A program made the position numbers and the translations under genes. Positions 9,137 to 19,346 of a DNA stretch of 64,000 nt are shown in pieces. The DNA lies in contig CAWHEU010000020.1 of NCBI GenBank assembly GCA_963828465.1, forward strand, positions 160,001-224,000. Direction: 5' to 3'. Source of the stretch: an uncultured Acidobacteriota bacterium (GTDB taxonomy: Bacteria > Actinomycetota > Acidimicrobiia > Spongiisociales > ZC4RG35). The notes under the pieces were generated by a model that was not told where the DNA came from, searched no databases, and was given only the letters and a program-made list of their open reading frames with translations. The stretch's first letter is position 1, and the number at the start of each line of letters is the position of its first letter.

Positions 9137-10141
9137 ATGGAAGTGGTGGTGGCCGCCAGCCCGATGGGAGCCCTGCATGACACCGGCCGAAACCACCCGG
9201 AGCGGCCCGAGCGACTGGGTGCCGTGCTCCGCGGGATCTCAGAGAGCGGGTTGAAGCTGACCGAGATCGAAGCACCGCCGATCGAGCGCTCCGATCTCGC
9301 CCTGGTCCACGACCCGGCTTACATCGATGCCATCGAGAGGTTCTGTCTCCTAGGCGGCGGTGCCCTAGACATGGACACATTCGCCTCGCACGAGACCTGG
9401 GCCGCCGCCACGACCGCGGCCGGAGGGGTCATGGCCGTGGTGGAGGAGTTGGAAGACCGCGCCGATGCCACCGGGTTCGCCCTTTGCCGGCCGCCGGGCC
9501 ACCACGCCCTCCGTTCCAGGGCGATGGGTTTCTGCTTGTTCAACAACGTCGCCGTGGTGGCAGCCCGGCTCAGGTCACGGGGCCAGCGGGTGGCGATCCT
9601 GGACTGGGATGTCCACCACGGAAACGGAACGCAGACGATGGTGGCTGAAGATCCGGGCACCCTGTACGTCTCGATCCACCAAGACGATTTCTATCCGTTC
9701 GTGGGTTTTCCCGATGACATCGAAGCTGGTGCCGCCGGCACCACGGTCAACATCCCGCTGCACGCCGGCACTGCCGGAGACGTGTGCCGCCTGGCATGGG
9801 AGCAGCTGGTCATCCCTGTGCTTACCCAGTTCGGGCCGGATTGGGTCCTGGTGAGCGCCGGGTACGACGCCCACACCGAAGACCCACTGGCCGACCTCGA
9901 TCTACTCGATGCCGACTACGGATGGATGGCTTCGCGTCTGGCTCGTGCTCACCCGGCACACCGCACGGTGTTCGCTCTGGAAGGGGGCTACGACCTCGAC
10001 GGGCTCCGGCACTCCGCCCGCTCCACGGTGCGCGGCATGGCGGGCGAGGAGCAGTTCGGGCCTCCTCTCACCTCGGCCCCTGGTGCCGCCGAAGCGCTAG
10101 CTGTCGCCCGCGTGGCCGTGGCGAGGCACTGGAGCGTCTGA
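9137..10141 (+). CDS. Zn-dependent histone deacetylase family protein
   Basis: HPERPERL, RPPGHHA, GFCLFNN, DWDVHHGNGTQ, SAGYDAH, LEGGY. Confidence 0.95.
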   Translation: MEVVVAASPMGALHDTGRNHPERPERLGAVLRGISESGLKLTEIEAPPIERSDLALVHDPAYIDAIERFCLLGGGALDMDTFASHETWAAATTAAGGVMAVVEELEDRADATGFALCRPPGHHALRSRAMGFCLFNNVAVVAARLRSRGQRVAILDWDVHHGNGTQTMVAEDPGTLYVSIHQDDFYPFVGFPDDIEAGAAGTTVNIPLHAGTAGDVCRLAWEQLVIPVLTQFGPDWVLVSAGYDAHTEDPLADLDLLDADYGWMASRLARAHPAHRTVFALEGGYDLDGLRHSARSTVRGMAGEEQFGPPLTSAPGAAEALAVARVAVARHWSV

Positions 10142-10205
10142 GAAGTCTTTCAGGTCTCGTGCGACCCGAGCCGATAACCACACTCTGGGTCAACGGGAAA
10201 GGAAC

Positions 10206-11285
10206 ATGGAAATCAACATCGAGGATCTTCTGCGCCGGGCTGTCTCACTGGGCGCAACGGATCTACATCTCAAGGTCGGCTCGCCGCCAGTCGCGCGCGT
10301 CAACGGTGACCTGGAGAGGCTCGAACGCTTCGAGGCGCTCAAACCCGCGGACACGCAGGCCTACGCAGAGGCGCTCTTCACCCCGCGTGGCGCTCGCGAT
10401 TTCAAGGACACCGGCACCGCCGATTTCGCGTTCGGTCGCCAGGACATCGGGCGTTTCCGGGTAACCGCCTTCCGTCAGCGTGGCTCGGTATCGGTGGTTC
10501 TCCGTCGTGTATTTCCCGGGACGATGTCTTTCACCGATCTCGGCCTACCCCGGGTCATGGAGAAGCTCGCCGCCGAAACGTCGGGGCTGCTCCTCGTCAC
10601 CGGAGCTTCTGGCTCGGGCAAGACCTCCACGATGGCGTCGATCCTGGACTGGATCAACACCCATCGGGCGGTGTCGATCCTCACGGTCGAAGACCCGATC
10701 GAGGTTCTCCACCCCGACAAGAAGAGTGTCGTAGAACAACGCGAAGTCGGTGTCGATACTCCGAGCGCCGCCGATGCCGTGCGGAGTGCGATGCGTCACG
10801 ACAACGACGTGCTCATGATCTCTGAGTTCGATGACGCCGAGACTGCACGTGCGGCCATCGCGGCAGCCGAGACCGGCCACCTGGTGATCTCCTCGATGCG
10901 GACGACTGACCCAGCCGACACCATCGATCGCGTGGTCTCGCTGTTCCCCGAGTCGCAGCAACGCGTCGTCCGTGGTCAGCTCGCCGCACAGCTTCTGGCG
11001 ATCGTCAGCCAGCGTCTGCTCGAGAGCCAGGAGAAGGGGAAGACACTTGCGTGTGAGATCCTCACCACCAACGAGCGTGTCCAGGAGTGGATCATCGGTG
11101 GCGCCGATGCCCCGGTCCTGATCGACATCATGAAGGAGAGCGAGTTCTTCGGGATGCAGACGATGGACGCGTCCCTTCTCAAACTGGTGGTCGACAAGTC
11201 CATCGACCTCCCTGCCGCCCTTCCCTATGCCCGAAACGTCCACGAGCTTCGGGCCAAGGCGATGGCAGCCGGCATCGCGGTGTAA
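10206..11285 (+). CDS. PilT/PilU family ATPase (divergent)
   Basis: TDLHLKVG, GRFRV, TGASGSGKTST, TVEDPIE, QREVG, AETGHLV, GMQTMD. Confidence 0.88.
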   Translation: MEINIEDLLRRAVSLGATDLHLKVGSPPVARVNGDLERLERFEALKPADTQAYAEALFTPRGARDFKDTGTADFAFGRQDIGRFRVTAFRQRGSVSVVLRRVFPGTMSFTDLGLPRVMEKLAAETSGLLLVTGASGSGKTSTMASILDWINTHRAVSILTVEDPIEVLHPDKKSVVEQREVGVDTPSAADAVRSAMRHDNDVLMISEFDDAETARAAIAAAETGHLVISSMRTTDPADTIDRVVSLFPESQQRVVRGQLAAQLLAIVSQRLLESQEKGKTLACEILTTNERVQEWIIGGADAPVLIDIMKESEFFGMQTMDASLLKLVVDKSIDLPAALPYARNVHELRAKAMAAGIAV

Positions 11286-11286
11286 T

Positions 11287-11334
11287 TCGGTGGTGGGTCA
11301 CTACTCACCACCCACCACTCAAAACCCATAACCT
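11287..11334. repeat. Heptamer-periodic inverted repeat element
   Basis: TCGGTGG TGGGTCA ctACTCA ccACCCA ccACTCA aaACCCA taACCT. Confidence 0.75.
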
Positions 11335-11341
11335 GCGGCGG

Positions 11342-12754
11342 GTGATCCCGAAGCGGCTCGATTTTCTGGTCTCGCCTGAACTACCACCGGCCCAATTGCA
11401 TCAGCTGTTCGATGTGGCCGGCCATCAACTGTTCCTGGTTGGCGGCTCGGTCCGTGACGCCTTTCTCGAGAGGCCGCTGGAGGATTACGACTTCGCCACC
11501 GATGCCAGGCCGGATCGGATCGCCGAGTTACTCGAGACCTGGGCGGACGTCGTGTACCGCGTCGGAGCCACATTCGGCACCGTCGCTGCCCGCAAGAACG
11601 GGCGCGTTGTCGAGGTAACGACGTTTCGCAACGAGGTCTACCGCGACGATTCTCGCAAACCTCAAGTCACCTTCTCCGACGACATCGAGACCGATCTCGC
11701 CCGGCGCGACTTCACCGTGAACGCCATCGCTCTGTCGCTCATGGACATGGAACCGATCGATCCCCACGGTGGCCTCGCAGACCTGGCCGCCGGGGTCTTG
11801 AGGACCCCGCTGGATCCTGAGATCTCGTTCTCCGAGGATCCCCTGCGCATGCTGCGGCTGTACAGATTCGAGGGCACGCTCGGATTCACCGGGGAGGCCA
11901 GGACGGTAGGGGCTGTCGCCGAGATGGGAGAGCGTCTGGAGATCGTGTCGGCGGAGCGGATCAGGGACGAGCTCTCGAAACTCGTTGTGGCGCCAGACGC
12001 CGGGAAGGCCCTCGATCGCGTCGTGGCCTCCGGGTTGGCCACCCACTTTCTTCCCGAGTTGCCCGCCCTGGCGATGGAGCAAGACCCCCACCAGCGTCAC
12101 AAGGACGTCTTGGCCCACACGCTGGCGGTCGTCGACAAGACACGGCCCGAGCTGGTGCTTCGGCTCGCCGCCTTGTTCCACGACATCGGCAAGCCCGACA
12201 CCCGCCAGTTCGGGAAGGACGGCGTGTCGTTCCACCATCACGAGGTCGTCGGGGCGCGATTGACCCGACGCCGGCTGAAGGCGCTTCGCTATCCGGGTGA
12301 GGTCGTAGCCGATGTGTCCCGGCTCGTCTTCCTCCACCTCCGCCCGCACACGCTCAAGATGGGTTGGACGGATTCGGCCGTGCGCCGATACGTGCGTGAT
12401 GCCGGCGAGTTGCTCCCGTATCTCAACGAGCTGGTGAGGTGTGACGTCACCACCGCCAACCCGCGCCGCGCCCGGGCTGTCCGGAATCGCATCGATGAAC
12501 TCGAAGAGAGGATCGCCGAGCTGAGTGCGAAGGAGGAGATATCGCGTCTCCGCGCTCCGATCGATGGCAATCAGGTGATGGGGTATCTGGGGATTGGCCC
12601 CGGGCCGAACGTAGGTGACATCATGGGGCTGATGCTCGAGCGAAGGATCGACGAGGGCCCCTACAGCGTGGGGGAGGCATATGCCATGGTCAGGGACTGG
12701 GCCATCGCCCAGGGCATCCCGGATCCTGGACCGCCACCCGACGAGGAGGAATGA
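11342..12754 (+). CDS. CCA tRNA nucleotidyltransferase with HD domain
   Basis: LVGGSVRD, DYDFATD, DLARRDFTVNA, EDPLRMLR, LFHDIGKP; GTG at 11342 after TAACCT. Confidence 0.93.
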   Translation: MIPKRLDFLVSPELPPAQLHQLFDVAGHQLFLVGGSVRDAFLERPLEDYDFATDARPDRIAELLETWADVVYRVGATFGTVAARKNGRVVEVTTFRNEVYRDDSRKPQVTFSDDIETDLARRDFTVNAIALSLMDMEPIDPHGGLADLAAGVLRTPLDPEISFSEDPLRMLRLYRFEGTLGFTGEARTVGAVAEMGERLEIVSAERIRDELSKLVVAPDAGKALDRVVASGLATHFLPELPALAMEQDPHQRHKDVLAHTLAVVDKTRPELVLRLAALFHDIGKPDTRQFGKDGVSFHHHEVVGARLTRRRLKALRYPGEVVADVSRLVFLHLRPHTLKMGWTDSAVRRYVRDAGELLPYLNELVRCDVTTANPRRARAVRNRIDELEERIAELSAKEEISRLRAPIDGNQVMGYLGIGPGPNVGDIMGLMLERRIDEGPYSVGEAYAMVRDWAIAQGIPDPGPPPDEEE

Positions 12755-13947
12755 CGTTGAGGGTCGTCCTCGCCTATTCAGGTGGCCTCGACACGTCGGT
12801 GATCCTGGCCTGGCTTCGCGAGGAGCGCGGGGCGGAGGTGATCGCATACACCGCTGACGTCGGTCAGGGCGCTGAGGCCGCCGAGGCCAAGGAGAAGGCC
12901 ATCGCGACCGGAGCCGTGGAGGCAGTGGTCGAGGACCTCACCCATCGTTTCGTCGACGGCGCCGTGTACCCCGCCCTGAGGGCCGGCGCGGTCTACGAGG
13001 GTCATTACCTGCTTGGGACCTCCCTGGCCCGGCCCATCATCACCGAGGGTCTGGTGCGAACTGCCCGCGCCTTCGGCGCCGACGCCATCTCTCACGGTGC
13101 GACGGGCAAGGGCAACGATCAAGTCCGCTTCGAGCTGTCCGTGGCCGCGCTGGCCCCCGATCTCGGGGTGATCGCGCCCTGGCGGGAATGGGACCTCGAC
13201 GGGCGCACGGCCCTCATCGAGTACGCCAAGGAACGCGGGATACCTGTGCCGGTCACCCGGGAGGAGCCGTACTCGATGGATGCCAACCTCTTCCACATCT
13301 CTTACGAGGGCGGAATCCTGGAGGACCCCTGGGCCGCACCCCCGCCCAAGATGTTTCGACTCACCGTGGACCCCGTCGATGCCCCGGATCAGCCCGAGGA
13401 GGTCGTGATCGGGTTCGAGGAGGGCAACCCGGTGTCGATCGATGGGCATGAGCTGGGTCCGGTCGAGCTGTTGACCGATGCGAACGCCTTTGCCGGTCGA
13501 AACGGCGTCGGCAGGGTGGATCTGGTCGAGAATCGGTTCGTGGGGATCAAGAGCCGTGGGGTCTACGAGACCCCGGGAGGGACCATCCTGCATCTAGCCC
13601 ACCGCGCAGTCGAGTCGATCACGCTGGACAGGGAGGTGATGCACATCCGGGACTCCCTCATCCCCCGCTATGCCCAGATCGTCTACAACGGGTTCTGGTT
13701 CAGCCCGGAACGGACGGCACTGCAGGGTCTGATCGACGACATCCAGAAGCCGGTCACCGGCGAGGCGCGCCTGGTGCTCTACAAGGGCGGGGCCACCGTG
13801 TCGGGGAGACGCTCACCCAACACCCTCTATGACCCCGATTCGGCCACGTTCGAGGCCGACGATGTCTATCGCCAAGCCGATGCCGAAGGTTTCATCTCGC
13901 TCAACGCCCTGCGCATCAGGGGGTTCGGCGGAGGGGAAGTGGAATGA
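12751..13947 (+). CDS. argG: Argininosuccinate synthase
   Basis: LAYSGGLDTS, HGATGKGNDQVRFE, SMDANL, SRGVYETPG. Confidence 0.97.
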   Translation: MTLRVVLAYSGGLDTSVILAWLREERGAEVIAYTADVGQGAEAAEAKEKAIATGAVEAVVEDLTHRFVDGAVYPALRAGAVYEGHYLLGTSLARPIITEGLVRTARAFGADAISHGATGKGNDQVRFELSVAALAPDLGVIAPWREWDLDGRTALIEYAKERGIPVPVTREEPYSMDANLFHISYEGGILEDPWAAPPPKMFRLTVDPVDAPDQPEEVVIGFEEGNPVSIDGHELGPVELLTDANAFAGRNGVGRVDLVENRFVGIKSRGVYETPGGTILHLAHRAVESITLDREVMHIRDSLIPRYAQIVYNGFWFSPERTALQGLIDDIQKPVTGEARLVLYKGGATVSGRRSPNTLYDPDSATFEADDVYRQADAEGFISLNALRIRGFGGGEVE

Positions 13948-15304
13948 GCCTGTGGGGTGGTCGCTTCGAGTCGGGCCCTGGCGAGACGCTGTGGGGGTAC
14001 ACCACCGATGTCTCGGACAGGCGTCTCCTCGCCGACGACATCGCCGGCTCTCGGGCGCACGTCCTGATGCTCGGCGAGACCGGGATCCTTTCTGATGGCG
14101 ACGTGAAGGCCCTCCTCGGTGGGCTGGAGGCCATCCAGTCCGAGGCTGCCGGTGGTGAATTCGACTTCTCCGACTCTGACGAGGATGTTCACTCGGCGGT
14201 GGAGCGGAGATTGTTCGAACTCGTCGGTGACACCGCGGGCAAGCTGCACACCGCCCGTTCCCGCAACGATCAGGTGGCCCTCGACATGCGTCTCTACGCC
14301 CGCCGCGCCGCCAGCGAGCGACACGACCAGCTTCACGCTTTCGCCCTCGCACTCGCCGACATCGCTGAGAGCCACGCCGAAACCGTCGTCCCCTCCTACA
14401 CCCATCTCCAGCAGGCCCAGCCGACCACCCTCGGCCATCATCTCCTCGCCTATGCCTGGATGGCGGTCCGAGACGCCGAGCGGTTCGCCGGAGCGGGCAG
14501 GCGGATCGATGTGTCGCCCCTGGGCGCAGGCGCCTCGGCCGGGACATCCTTGCCGATCGATCCGGAGGCAACCGCCAGGGAGCTGGGGATGGCCGGCGTC
14601 TTCGAGAACTCGCTCGATGCAGTCGGGTCCCGAGATCACCTCGCGGAGTATGTCTTCTGCTGTGCCCAGGCAATGGTGACGCTTTCCCGACTCGCCGAGG
14701 AGGTCGTTCTCTGGGCTACACCCGAGTTCGGCCGGGCAAGGCTCGGCGACAGCGTGAGCACCGGGTCGTCGGCCCTGCCTCACAAGCGAAACCCAGATAT
14801 CGCCGAGCTGGTCCGGGGCCGTGCCGCCCGGATATCGGGGTTGCTGGCGGCGATGATGACGCTCCAGAAAGGCCTTCCGCTCGCCTACAACCGTGATCTC
14901 CAGGAAGACAAGCGACTCGTCTTCGAGGCCGACGACACGCTGGCGGATTCCTTGGCAGCGATGGTCGAGTTGCTCGGCCAAACCGAGTTCCTGCCGGTCG
15001 ACCCATCCGTGGAGACCGCCAGCCTCGATCTGGCCGAGGCACTGGTCGCCCGTGGCGTCCCGTTCCGCGAGGCCCATGAGGCCGTGGGCAAGCTGGTGCT
15101 CACTCTCGAGGGCCAGAGCAGGTCCCTCCTCGAGGCGGGCCTCGAGGATCTGGTTTCTACGCGCACGCTGCTTTCGACGAAGCCGATCTCGGTCTTCTCG
15201 ATCCGGCGACGTCGGTGCAGCGCCGAATCAGCCCTGGTGGGGGGAGCCCTGAGTCGGTCCACACCCAGGTCTCCGACCTGCGCAGGAGGATCACTTCTTC
15301 CTAA
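13944..15304 (+). CDS. argH: Argininosuccinate lyase; frameshift at about 15160 (probable sequencing error)
   Basis: LWGGRF, HTARSRNDQV, STGSSALPHKRNPD, YNRDLQEDK; C-terminus AHAAFDEADLGLLDPATSVQRRISPGGGSPESV lies in another frame and ends at 15304. Confidence 0.9.
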
Positions 15305-15313
15305 CGTGCCCCG

Positions 15314-16250
15314 GTGATCCTTGTGGTGATCCCCGCGGTAGTCGTTGCCGTGATCAGCCTCGCCTCCTTTGCGGGAGCGTGGGTCTGGTGGCTCGACGTC
15401 CTGGCCAATTTCCGTGCGCAGTACGTGGTGATCCTGGCGATCCTGGGTCTGCTCGTCGCGGCCAGCCGGTGGCGCCGCACCGGGACTGGCCATCCTCGGC
15501 GTCGCATTGGTCAATCTGCTCTTCGTCGCTCCGCTGTTCGTGGGGTCGCCGGGGGAGCCGGTGGCGGGGGCGCCTGGAATGCGGGTGATGAGTTTCAACC
15601 TGCTCTCGACCAACGAGAGCTACAGCGAGGTCATCGAGTACATCGAGGCGACGGAGCCAGACCTCGTCCTCCTCCATGAGTCGAGCCGCCCCTGGGAGGT
15701 GGCCATGGAGTCCTCGGGGCTCGACTACGAAATTGTCCGTGGCCGCTCCGAGAACTTGATCTTCGGAACCCTGGTTCTGGCTCGAGATGAGGTCGAGGCC
15801 GTCTCCTATGGCTTCGCCGAGGGCGACGGGAGGGCCATATCCCTCGTGTATCAGCCGGAGGGTTGGTCGGTGCCGGTGCAGATCCTCTCATCGCATCCGC
15901 TGGCCCCGACATCGGGGGAGCGGGCAGCCCTTCGAGATGCCCAGCTCTCCTTTGCTGCCGGATGGGCTGCCGAGCAGGAGGGCGCCTACGCCGTGGTGGG
16001 AGATCTGAACGCGTCGCCTTGGTCCTCTCCATTCCGTGGGCTCGTGTCGGAGGGTGGTCTGCGCAACTCTCAGATCGGATTCGGCTTACAACCCTCCTTC
16101 TCGGCGAACACGATCTTCCCCTTTCGGGTCCCCATAGATCACCTGCTCCACAGTGACGACCTCCGTGTCCGTGACCGTCGTCTCGGCCCGGCCCTCGGCT
16201 CAGACCACTTCCCGCTCGTGGTCGACCTGGAGCACGTCCCGGGTCCGTGA
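15314..16250 (+). CDS. Membrane-anchored endonuclease/exonuclease/phosphatase family protein; frameshift at about 15483
   Basis: N-terminal TM helices (WLDVLANFRAQY) in ORF 15314; MSFNLL, VVGDLNA, IDHLL, GSDHFP in ORF 15507. Confidence 0.85.
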
Positions 16251-16325
16251 ACCGCTTGCCTGAGGTACCTACGGCCACATCTGGCCCCACCGCTACACAG
16301 AAAGAGCGGCGTTACCGTTCGCGTC

Positions 16326-17777
16326 ATGTCAGACCCATTTTCTGAGCGCCGGGCACGTCTCGCCTTGGACATCGGCGATGACGCCATCGCCATCGTGCCG
16401 GCCGCAGTCGAGGTGACCCGGAGCAACGACACCGAATTCGAGTTCCACCAGGATCCGGACTTTCTCTATCTGACCGGATTCCACGAGCCGGACGCGGTGG
16501 CGGTGATCGCACCTGGCCATTCCGATGGCGATTACACCCTCTTCGTCAGACCTCGAGACCCCGAGATGGAGGCCTGGAACGGATATCGGGTCGGCACCAC
16601 CGGTGCCGCGGAGCGATTCGGTGCCGACAAGGCCTATGAGATCGGGCAGCTAGACGAGATCCTGACCCGGCTCATGGTCGGGCGCGAGGTGATCTGGTAT
16701 CGCACGGGCAACCCGCACCACGACGACAGAGTCGGCGAGATCTTGGCCAAGGCTCGGAGTCATCGGGAGCGCTACGGCGGCACGGTGCCGTCTGCGGTTC
16801 GTGACATCACGGTCTTGCTCGCCGAGATGCGTCTCATAAAGAGCCCGAAGGAGATCGAGATCCTGCGCAGGGCGTGTGAGCTGTCTGCCCGTGGACACGC
16901 CGAGGCGATGCGTTTCACCGAATCCGGCTTGTACGAGTATCAAGTCCAGGCCGCACTCGAGTACTACTGGCGGCTGGGCGGCGCCCGGCACAATGGCTAT
17001 CCCTCGATCGTGGCGTCAGGGCCCAACACCTGTGTCCTTCACTACGTGGAGAACGAACGGCTGATCGAAGACGGCGATCTCCTCCTGATAGATGCCGCCG
17101 CCGAGGTAGAGGGCTACTCGGCGGACATCACCCGGACCTTCCCGGCCAACGGGAAATTCAGCGGTCCACAGCGAGCCATCTACGAAGTGGTCCATTCCGC
17201 CTTCCAGAGGGGACTGGACATGGCGGCTCCCGGATCGAGCCTCAGAGCCATACATGACTCGGCCACCAGAGTGCTCACTGAGGGAATGGAGGAGCTAGGC
17301 CTCCTGCCCAAGGGTGTCGAGGAGTCGCTGGCCATGCACCACTACAACCAGTTCTACTTCCATGGAACCGGGCACTGGATCGGCCTCGATGTGCATGACA
17401 TGGGCACCTACCGGGTGGAAGGCGTGCCTCGGAAGCTGGAGCCGGGGATGGCATTCACGGTTGAGCCCGGCCTCTACATCGCCCCGGACAAGACAGAGGT
17501 GACCCTGACCCTGCTCGAGTACGACACCGACGAGTGGAACCAGCGCAGGATCCTGGAGGGTCGGGCGGCGGCGATGGCCAAGGAGGCCGAGGCCAAGGAG
17601 AAGGCCGAGAAGATCACACACGCCGTTCCTCCCGACTTCCTCGGCATCGGGATACGAATCGAGGACGATGTGGTGATCACCGAGGATGGCCACGACAACC
17701 TGACCGGCTCGGTCCCCTCGGGCATCGACGAGATCGAAGCCCTATGCGCCGAGTCGTCGAGGTTGCCGAGCGGCTGA
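16326..17777 (+). CDS. pepP: Xaa-Pro aminopeptidase P
   Basis: FHQDPDFLYLTG, LHY, DITRTFP, HGTGHWIGLDVHD, TVEPGLY, GIRIEDD. Confidence 0.95.
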   Translation: MSDPFSERRARLALDIGDDAIAIVPAAVEVTRSNDTEFEFHQDPDFLYLTGFHEPDAVAVIAPGHSDGDYTLFVRPRDPEMEAWNGYRVGTTGAAERFGADKAYEIGQLDEILTRLMVGREVIWYRTGNPHHDDRVGEILAKARSHRERYGGTVPSAVRDITVLLAEMRLIKSPKEIEILRRACELSARGHAEAMRFTESGLYEYQVQAALEYYWRLGGARHNGYPSIVASGPNTCVLHYVENERLIEDGDLLLIDAAAEVEGYSADITRTFPANGKFSGPQRAIYEVVHSAFQRGLDMAAPGSSLRAIHDSATRVLTEGMEELGLLPKGVEESLAMHHYNQFYFHGTGHWIGLDVHDMGTYRVEGVPRKLEPGMAFTVEPGLYIAPDKTEVTLTLLEYDTDEWNQRRILEGRAAAMAKEAEAKEKAEKITHAVPPDFLGIGIRIEDDVVITEDGHDNLTGSVPSGIDEIEALCAESSRLPSG

Positions 17778-17802
17778 TCTACTGCTGGATGAAGGTCTGC
17801 CC

Positions 17803-18465
17803 TCAGACGGTTGCCGGGAGGGCGTACACCAAGATGGCGAAAAAGTGAAAGCTGCTTCCGGCGATGACCAGGACATGGAACAGCTCGTGGTGTGAGAAGG
17901 CCCGGGGGAAGAGGCGGGGCCGCCCGGTGGCGTAGATCACCGTGCCGATCACATAGCAAGCGCCCCCGAGGACGATGAGGGCGAGGGCGCCCGGCCCGAG
18001 CTCACGCCAGATCCAGGGAACCCAGATCAGCGCGGACCAGCCCATCACCATCTGCAATGTCACCGAGAGGTGGGTTCTCACGTCGGGCATGAACGCCTTG
18101 AGCAGTATTCCGGTGAGCGCGATGCCCCAGACGATGCCGAGCGCCACGGCGAGGGGAACCCCTTCTAGCGAGGCGATCGCGATCGGCGTGAAGGTGCCGG
18201 CTACCACGAGAAAGATCATCGAATGGTCGATTCGCTGCAGCCTCGCCCTCCATTCTTCGCGCCAAGGGACCGAGTGGTACAGCGATGAGACGATGAACAT
18301 CAGGAGCAAGGCCCCGCCATAGACGAGTACCCCGAAAAGGGCTTCGGCCCGACCCGACGCCCTTTCGATGAGGAGAACGAGCCCGATGGCTGTTGCGATG
18401 GCCGCGGAGCCGTGCAAGAAGCCCCTAATCGGGTTCTGCATCCGCCCCAGCGTGATCCGCTCCAT
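17803..18465 (-). CDS. Hemolysin III/PAQR family membrane protein
   Basis: SSLYH, IDHSMIF, HHELFHVLV. Confidence 0.92.
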   Translation of the reverse strand: MERITLGRMQNPIRGFLHGSAAIATAIGLVLLIERASGRAEALFGVLVYGGALLLMFIVSSLYHSVPWREEWRARLQRIDHSMIFLVVAGTFTPIAIASLEGVPLAVALGIVWGIALTGILLKAFMPDVRTHLSVTLQMVMGWSALIWVPWIWRELGPGALALIVLGGACYVIGTVIYATGRPRLFPRAFSHHELFHVLVIAGSSFHFFAILVYALPATV

Positions 18466-18570
18466 GTCGTTGCAAGCGTATCGACCGGCCACCTGTAGTG
18501 GAAAGGGGTCGGGCGACCCAGGTCGAAACGGGCCCAGGTACTGGCTGGCCGATACGATGGAGCCATCACC

Positions 18571-19338
18571 ATGGCTCTTGGTGTCCTATACCGCCTCTAC
18601 GAGCGAAATCTCGTCAACGGCCTCGATCGAGACCGGCTGCCCGGTCACATCGGCATCGTCCTCGATGGGCATCGTCGTCATGCCCGAGAGGAGCGGCTAC
18701 CCACGTACACGGAGAGCTACCGGGTCGGCATGCGCCGCTTCGAAGAGTTCATCGGATGGGCCGAGGAGCTCGAGATCCCGGCCGTCACTGCCTGGGTGCT
18801 GTCACGGGAGAACCTGTCACGACCCGCCGACGAGCTAGACCCCTATTTCGAGGTCCTGACGGAGCTGTTTGGCCGGCTGCCGGCCCTCTGTGAGACCTAC
18901 GACATGGGGATCAGGTTCATCGGGAGCCTCGACTTGTTGCCAGACGAACTGGTCGCTGCAGCCAAGTTGGCGGAGGAGGCCCAGCCATTCGGCACCCGCC
19001 GGCTCAACATCGCAATGGGCTACGGGGGCAGGCAGGAGATCGTCGACGCGGCCAAGGACCTGGTGGCCAAGCTGATGGCCGAGGGGATCCCGCCTGACGA
19101 GGTCGCCGCCCACATCGATGCCGACTCGCTGGCTTCACACATGTACTCCGCCGATCTCCCCGACCCGGATCTCCTGATCAGGACCTCCGGCGAGTCGCGG
19201 CTGTCAGGGTTCCTGCTCTGGCAGTCCGCCTATGCGGAGTTCGTCTTCGTCGACGTCAACTGGCCGGCATTCCGCCGGGTCGACTTCCTGCGCGCCCTGC
19301 GTGATTTCACCAGTAGGGATCGCCGCTTCGGCAAATAG
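18571..19338 (+). CDS. uppS: cis-prenyltransferase (UppS family)
   Basis: HIGIVLDGHRR, YGGRQEI, DLLIRTSGESRLSGFLLWQ. Confidence 0.92.
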   Translation: MALGVLYRLYERNLVNGLDRDRLPGHIGIVLDGHRRHAREERLPTYTESYRVGMRRFEEFIGWAEELEIPAVTAWVLSRENLSRPADELDPYFEVLTELFGRLPALCETYDMGIRFIGSLDLLPDELVAAAKLAEEAQPFGTRRLNIAMGYGGRQEIVDAAKDLVAKLMAEGIPPDEVAAHIDADSLASHMYSADLPDPDLLIRTSGESRLSGFLLWQSAYAEFVFVDVNWPAFRRVDFLRALRDFTSRDRRFGK

Positions 19339-19346
19339 GCGGTCGC

